Below, piece by piece: positions 37,501-41,765 of a stretch of 41,765 bases of DNA. The translations under genes were made by a program, and so were the position numbers. Under the pieces are notes generated by a model that did no database searches, was not told where the DNA came from, and worked only from the letters and a program-made list of their open reading frames with translations. Each line of letters opens with the position of its first letter. Position 1 is the stretch's first letter. Source of the DNA: Halocafeteria seosinensis (Eukaryota); the NCBI GenBank assembly GCA_001687465.1, contig LVLI01000590.1, positions 1-41,765 of the forward strand, given 5' to 3'.

Positions 37501-40500
37501 TCGGGTTGTATGGAAGCGGGAATGATAGAAGCAGTGAAGCGTCGGCATGCACACGATGTGCCGCTGGAAAAGTTAATCCTAAGGAAGGGCAAAGTGGTGA
37601 AGGATCATGTAGTCCATGTCCTGCTGGCACATGGAGCGATACCAACAACAGACAATGTGTTTCATGCGCAGCTGGAAAATATCAGACCTCGACTGGTTGC
37701 AAGGCATGCGCGTCGGGAACATGGTCCAACAGCGACGCTACCTCTTGCACACGTTGTCGAGCTGGAAAGTATGGACGTGGATCCGGGAAGACTAGTGAAA
37801 ATGATGGCTGTGCAGCTTGTCCAGCCGGAAGAGCCTCGGCATCTAGCGGAGCCACCTCAACCGACTCGTGTACAAAGTGTGGGACGGGAAAGTGGAGTAA
37901 CAGCGATAACACCAAATGTACTGCCTGTACACCTGGACGATTCTCGTCTGAAGACACTCAAGGATGCCAACAGTGCCCTACTGGAAAGTATTCAACTTCT
38001 TCGGGAGCCTCGACATGTGCTGTCTGTGGTGCTGGCAAGTATGGAACCGGTGCAGGGAAAACTACTGAAACCGATGCCTGTACTTCATGCCCTCCTGGGT
38101 CTACCAGTCAAGCAGAAGGGGCTACTTCCTCTAGCACATGCTCGTCATGTCCGGTAGGACAGTGGACCTCCGGATCTAGTCGGACCTCCTGTCAGAAGTG
38201 TCCAGCCGGGAAGAAACAAACAGAAGAGGGATGCGTTAGTTGTGGGAAAGGAACATATGCAGGAGCTGGAGAAACCAGTTGTACTCAATGTGTAATTGGA
38301 AAGTACAACCCATCCACAGAATCAACATCAGGAAGTAGCTGTCGGTCTTGTCCAGCCGGAACAAAAGGATCCAAGACGGGTGCAACGTCGGAGAATGATT
38401 GCCAAGCTTGTCCGTCCGGATGGTGGAGTGATCATGCTAACACACGATGCATCGCGTGCAGCCGTGGACAATATCAGACTTCTTCTGGATGCCAACAGTG
38501 TGGAAAGGGAACGTACAACGACAATTTTGCTTCCACGAGTTGCAAGACTTGTCCAGCAGGGACTAGTTCATCTGCCCTTGGCGCTACTTCAGATAGTACT
38601 TGTGCACCTTGCCCTGCAGGTCAATGGGCCGATGCCGGTAGCAGTGACTGCAAACCTTGCAGCACTGGACAGTATAGAAGTTCGAATATGAACGGTGGTT
38701 GCGCAGCGTGCTCCAAAGGCCGATATGCTGACACTCCTGGATCTTCCACTTGTAAGGCTTGTTCGAAAGGTAAGGTGGGTACCGAAGAGGGGGCAACTTC
38801 CTCCTCTAGCTGCTCTGTGTGCAGCGCGGGAACTATCGCCGAGTCTGAGGGTTTAACAAGCTGCAGTGCTTGCTCAGCTGGTACATTTCAGGGGCAGACG
38901 GGGGCATCTAGTTGTAGTTCGTGCTCGGCCGGTTACTATTCCTCTTCTCCCGGTAGTACGAGTTGCGTCGCCTGCGAGTCCGGAACGATATCCAACAGCG
39001 ATGGAGCAACCCAGTGCACGGAATGTCCCGCTGGAACTGCCCAAGGAGCAACAGCACAAACGGTTTGCAGTGTTTGCTCTGCTGGCTTTTATTCTTCCTC
39101 AGCAGGGAGTAACGAATGTGTTGCCTGTTCTGCCGGAAGGATTTCGACTACTGAAGGGAAAACAACGTGCGAGGAGTGTCCCGCTGGCAAAGCGCAGGAC
39201 AAGGAAGGCCAATCAAGCTGTCCCAATTGCGCCGCTGGGCTCTATACGGCCAACGCAGGAAGCGCTTCCTGTCGTGCATGTGATGCAGGGACCTTCAGTG
39301 CTTCGTCGGGAGAGACTAAATGTGAAGCTTGTCCGGCGGGAACTGCCCAACGTCAAACTGGCCAGTCCAGTTGCTCCTCTTGTTCTGCTGGTTTCTATGC
39401 TGGAACAGCCGGTAGCACAGCTTGTGTGGCTTGCGCAGCAGGAACTGTAGCGGGTAGTAGCAAGTCCAGTTCATGCACACAGTGCCCAGCAGGTACTGCT
39501 CAAGAAAGTGAGGGCCAATCGATGTGTACAACCTGTTCCGCTGGCCGATACACCTCTTCGATGGGGAGTACGGAGTGCAAAGAGTGCTCAGCGGGCAAAA
39601 TCTCTGCAACGGATGGTGCAAGTGGTTGCTCTGATTGTGAATTGGGTACCTCTCAAGACAAAAAGGGACAAGCAAGCTGCAATGTCTGTTCCCCCGGTTA
39701 TTACGCGGCTAGTCTGGGGAGTTCCAGTTGTTCGGCTTGTGAGGCCGGGAGTATCTCGTCAAGTCAAGGCCAATCCCAGTGCACCGAGTGCCCTGCAGGA
39801 ACATTCCAGAGCCAAGAAGCTCAATCGAGTTGTCGGCTTTGTTCCGCTGGATTCTACGGCTCCGACTCGGGGTTACAGCAATGCTTCCAGTGTGCCCCCG
39901 GGAAAGTGGCTCCCTCTGAGGGACAAGTAGAATGCGACGAGTGCTCAGCGGGCACCTTCTCTAGTTCAACTACGGTTTGCGCAGATTGCCCTGTGGGATA
40001 CGCCGTAGCTGAGAGCGGTCAAGCAAGTTGCAGCATTTGTAAGCCTGGGACTATTGCTGCCTCTAAGAAACAGGAGCATTGTGCCCCATGCGCGGCTGGG
40101 TTCTTCCAAGAAAATAGTGGCCACGGAGAATGTGTGGCTTGTTCCATTGGTCTGTACGGATCATCAAGTGGATTATCCTCTTGCGAGGGTTGCAATGCTG
40201 GAAAATTTGCTCACAGATCCGAGTCCACCAGTTGTTCTAAATGTCCTGCTGGAACGCGCAACAGTGGGTACGATAAGGATACTTTAACGGTTCTGGAAGA
40301 AGCGGAGGATAATTTCGTCAGCTACTATGACGTGTTCACATATGGTGACCTGGAACTGAGTTCCTTCAGACCTCCCTTGCGCGTCTATGGAGATAACAAA
40401 GACGCGAGTTTCGAAATGGTTCCCCTCACCGATCGCCGGCGACTACGAAGCGACGCGCGGCAGCTATTTGGATTTACAAACGATGATGACAAAGACAGTC

Positions 40501-41765
40501 CAGAGGAATACGTTAAACTACCGACACATGTGGACTACAACTTCAACGGGGCCGGTTGTGTGATGTGCCTTCCAGGGAAGTACTCTGCTAGTGAAGGAGG
40601 GTCTACCTGTCAGAAGTGTCAACCTGGAACATACCAACCGGGAATGGGTCATGACTCATGTCTGTCCTGTAAGGCGGGGTACTTTTCCGACACCGAAGGA
40701 GTTGCTGCATGCAAAGCATGTCCCGCAGGGAAGATGCAAAGTGAGGCCGGGAAAACTACGTGCATCGACTGTAGCGAAGGAACGTTCTCGGGAAGTGAGG
40801 GTAGTTCTCTCTGTGAGAACTGCAAAGCAGGGAAATTTGCATCTCAAAAGGGTGCATCCCAATGCACCTTATGCAGTAGTGGCAAATTCCAAGATATTAT
40901 TCGTCAGTCATCCTGCAAAGAATGCCCGAAAGGCACTTCTCAAGGTCAGCAAGGACAAAGCAGTTGCAATCAATGCGAACCAGGAACTGCACAACCATCT
41001 GAAGGGCAAATCCAATGCATCGAGTGTGATGCTGGAAAGGTTCAGCCGGGCGTCGGTAAGCTAGTATGTGTAGACTGTACACAAGGACGGTTCATGGACA
41101 CGCGTGGACAAGTAGAGTGCCAGGAGTGTGCCAAGGGATATTATGGGCCCAGCACAGGTCTTGAAACTTGCGTCGAAGCGGGGAAAGGACACTATGTGGA
41201 TACTGAGGGTTCCACAACAAGCAACAAGTGTCCTGCAGGGAAGTACGCCTCCTCAACTACCTCTACTAGCAGTGAATGTGATGGAAACTGCTTTGAAGGA
41301 TATTTCTGTAGCGAGGAAGGAAATACCACCCCGAACCCGGAGAAGTGTCCTGCACGACGGTACGGAGAAGCAGGTGAAACAGATCCAGAATGCACTGCCG
41401 ATTGCTCGCCAGGTCATTATTGTCCCGCGGGTACGGGAAAGAGCAACCAATTGCCGTGTGGAGGACCGAGCAAATTTTGTCCGGGAGGCAACGACCTTCC
41501 ACTTGATATTCCCGATGGGAGATACGGAGATATGGAGACCGCAGTCGATGGATCTAGTGACAAATTGACTTCTACTCTTAACTGTCATCCTGGCCACATG
41601 TGCACGGAAGGCCTTGAAATTAAATGCGCATCGGGTCGCTACAATCCAGACCACGGTGCGAGTGAATGTTCATTTAAATGCTCTGCTGGTTGGTTTTGCC
41701 CAGAAGGTTCTGTGAGTGATAAGGGAGAATCGTGTGGAAGCGGAGATCATCCCGCGAAATTCTAC
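34521..41765 (+). CDS. Giant secreted or surface cysteine-rich CxxC-repeat protein (GCC2_GCC3/ephrin-receptor-like repeats), 3'-truncated by the window edge
   Basis: Frame from ATG 34521 (or 34536) stays open to the last codon (2415 codons), so the ORF track omits it. Signal peptide MTNYKALLTFVLLALVALMITEADA is followed by many C-x-x-C-x-x-G-x-(Y/F) units. Confidence 0.92.
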   Translation, partial: MQSFKMTNYKALLTFVLLALVALMITEADARCWCGQYRSTYRTCSWRFWGRCFRYRYITSCRSCNPGYHNRYYNANSCRGCTAGNYSSRSRSCSCYTCNHGRYSSGRANRACSTCNAGRYANSISRATGCRSCPAGKFSTSSRAWNVNTCRWCGSGYASNAGSRGCYACGWGTYASGNGNSHCRGCPAGRAHSRNRQTSCPTCNAGYYASGTGNRSCRACTNGKYAPSRGTGDCLWCKYGQYSGYAARYCSSCPSGQYLNGRGSSIRSCRVCSSGYYQQSAGQRSCRACPSGRYNPYSRQRNVNACRLCPSGKYYPSGGARSINSCRWCPAGYYASLGGQSACASCPAGQYQNFHGSRGCSVCTAGKFNPYGGQSYCRTCRAGYSSANNARGCFKCPEGQYSDRSGSTCRHCAAHRFSIPGSSSCSLCSQQPAIRRMNTNSNNKPVKPALLQCPRFCTGNTFMYNFGDCRSCPLGTKPRSNRLGCLRVKNGCPAGRYTYRKESGIIELWECRSCPTGQTSRIGATSRSDCYADSCAAGFYKSGSTCVTCPSGTYQTSTHTGTKCSYSCPKGRYGAGRGKTSLSTACIMCPGGKYNPDEGSSASAACKTCSSGYYSSSGSGACAQCPTNQVQPSSGSSSCLSCPSGTVSNSAKIRCEVRSCSKGYYLRVIGHVEKCERCLPGQYKPSAGKASSCVTCPGNSDSTFASSTCRCKAGFRQNSWRLLFEEGETSPIRRMLDGHDGAGESRTLPSMEVTSMLDEHCRGGSGVACHADQAIKNLSLPVFPYHIEGNQTFAVPHSLHRNLSPKNFRGLLPGCSSCPSGTVQPSTGKTSCLGCPPGSKPNSARTFCSLESNCGKGQRYNTGSYYEECVSCAAGKFQSSASHRQTQCTECPAGRESATASATCIPERCAAGTRYDSGTNDCVSCPSGQIKASIHARDTACTVCSVGKWSNAGKTECTSCPAGKKRGSGDNGCTACGSGFFSNSGSSSCSACGIGLYGSGNDRSSEASACTRCAAGKVNPKEGQSGEGSCSPCPAGTWSDTNNRQCVSCAAGKYQTSTGCKACASGTWSNSDATSCTRCRAGKYGRGSGKTSENDGCAACPAGRASASSGATSTDSCTKCGTGKWSNSDNTKCTACTPGRFSSEDTQGCQQCPTGKYSTSSGASTCAVCGAGKYGTGAGKTTETDACTSCPPGSTSQAEGATSSSTCSSCPVGQWTSGSSRTSCQKCPAGKKQTEEGCVSCGKGTYAGAGETSCTQCVIGKYNPSTESTSGSSCRSCPAGTKGSKTGATSENDCQACPSGWWSDHANTRCIACSRGQYQTSSGCQQCGKGTYNDNFASTSCKTCPAGTSSSALGATSDSTCAPCPAGQWADAGSSDCKPCSTGQYRSSNMNGGCAACSKGRYADTPGSSTCKACSKGKVGTEEGATSSSSCSVCSAGTIAESEGLTSCSACSAGTFQGQTGASSCSSCSAGYYSSSPGSTSCVACESGTISNSDGATQCTECPAGTAQGATAQTVCSVCSAGFYSSSAGSNECVACSAGRISTTEGKTTCEECPAGKAQDKEGQSSCPNCAAGLYTANAGSASCRACDAGTFSASSGETKCEACPAGTAQRQTGQSSCSSCSAGFYAGTAGSTACVACAAGTVAGSSKSSSCTQCPAGTAQESEGQSMCTTCSAGRYTSSMGSTECKECSAGKISATDGASGCSDCELGTSQDKKGQASCNVCSPGYYAASLGSSSCSACEAGSISSSQGQSQCTECPAGTFQSQEAQSSCRLCSAGFYGSDSGLQQCFQCAPGKVAPSEGQVECDECSAGTFSSSTTVCADCPVGYAVAESGQASCSICKPGTIAASKKQEHCAPCAAGFFQENSGHGECVACSIGLYGSSSGLSSCEGCNAGKFAHRSESTSCSKCPAGTRNSGYDKDTLTVLEEAEDNFVSYYDVFTYGDLELSSFRPPLRVYGDNKDASFEMVPLTDRRRLRSDARQLFGFTNDDDKDSPEEYVKLPTHVDYNFNGAGCVMCLPGKYSASEGGSTCQKCQPGTYQPGMGHDSCLSCKAGYFSDTEGVAACKACPAGKMQSEAGKTTCIDCSEGTFSGSEGSSLCENCKAGKFASQKGASQCTLCSSGKFQDIIRQSSCKECPKGTSQGQQGQSSCNQCEPGTAQPSEGQIQCIECDAGKVQPGVGKLVCVDCTQGRFMDTRGQVECQECAKGYYGPSTGLETCVEAGKGHYVDTEGSTTSNKCPAGKYASSTTSTSSECDGNCFEGYFCSEEGNTTPNPEKCPARRYGEAGETDPECTADCSPGHYCPAGTGKSNQLPCGGPSKFCPGGNDLPLDIPDGRYGDMETAVDGSSDKLTSTLNCHPGHMCTEGLEIKCASGRYNPDHGASECSFKCSAGWFCPEGSVSDKGESCGSGDHPAKFY

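Noticed and set aside
34606..41654. Many mid-sized ORFs in the supplied track (for example 37069-38157)
   Set aside because: They are shadow frames of the single long Cys-rich ORF starting at 34521.

Overview
This is compact, intron-rich eukaryotic DNA from a protist. It uses the standard genetic code and short GT-AG introns of about 55-85 nt. A stramenopile-type host is my inference only. Positions 1-1850 are a scrambled relic of an RLE-type (CRE-like) non-LTR retrotransposon, with RT, RNase H and endonuclease fragments in alternating orientation among direct and inverted repeats. Positions 2.3-32.7 kb hold about 17 tightly packed genes that I spliced by eye: rhomboid-like protein, an orphan, YHM2-like carrier, class 3 lipase, PNGase, cyclin L, GH47 mannosidase, USP, YqgF, a divergent cyclin, extended synaptotagmin, RPAC2, NDUFS6, a RING protein, a Hippo/MST kinase and a low-complexity orphan. 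From 34521 to the window end runs one uninterrupted ORF of more than 2400 codons, missing from the ORF track, that encodes a secreted CxxC-repeat protein. The strongest novelty candidate is a RING-finger protein ending in a near-consensus HIND (Hub1/UBL5-binding) motif, otherwise known to me only from the spliceosomal proteins Snu66/SART1 and Prp38. Other notable observations are RxL-punctuated, charge-zoned blocks in the giant protein, convergent stop codons sharing one CTAG, divergent ATGs 20 nt apart, and a degenerate UBR-box-like finger in PNGase. All family calls come from motif recognition by eye; no database searches were run.
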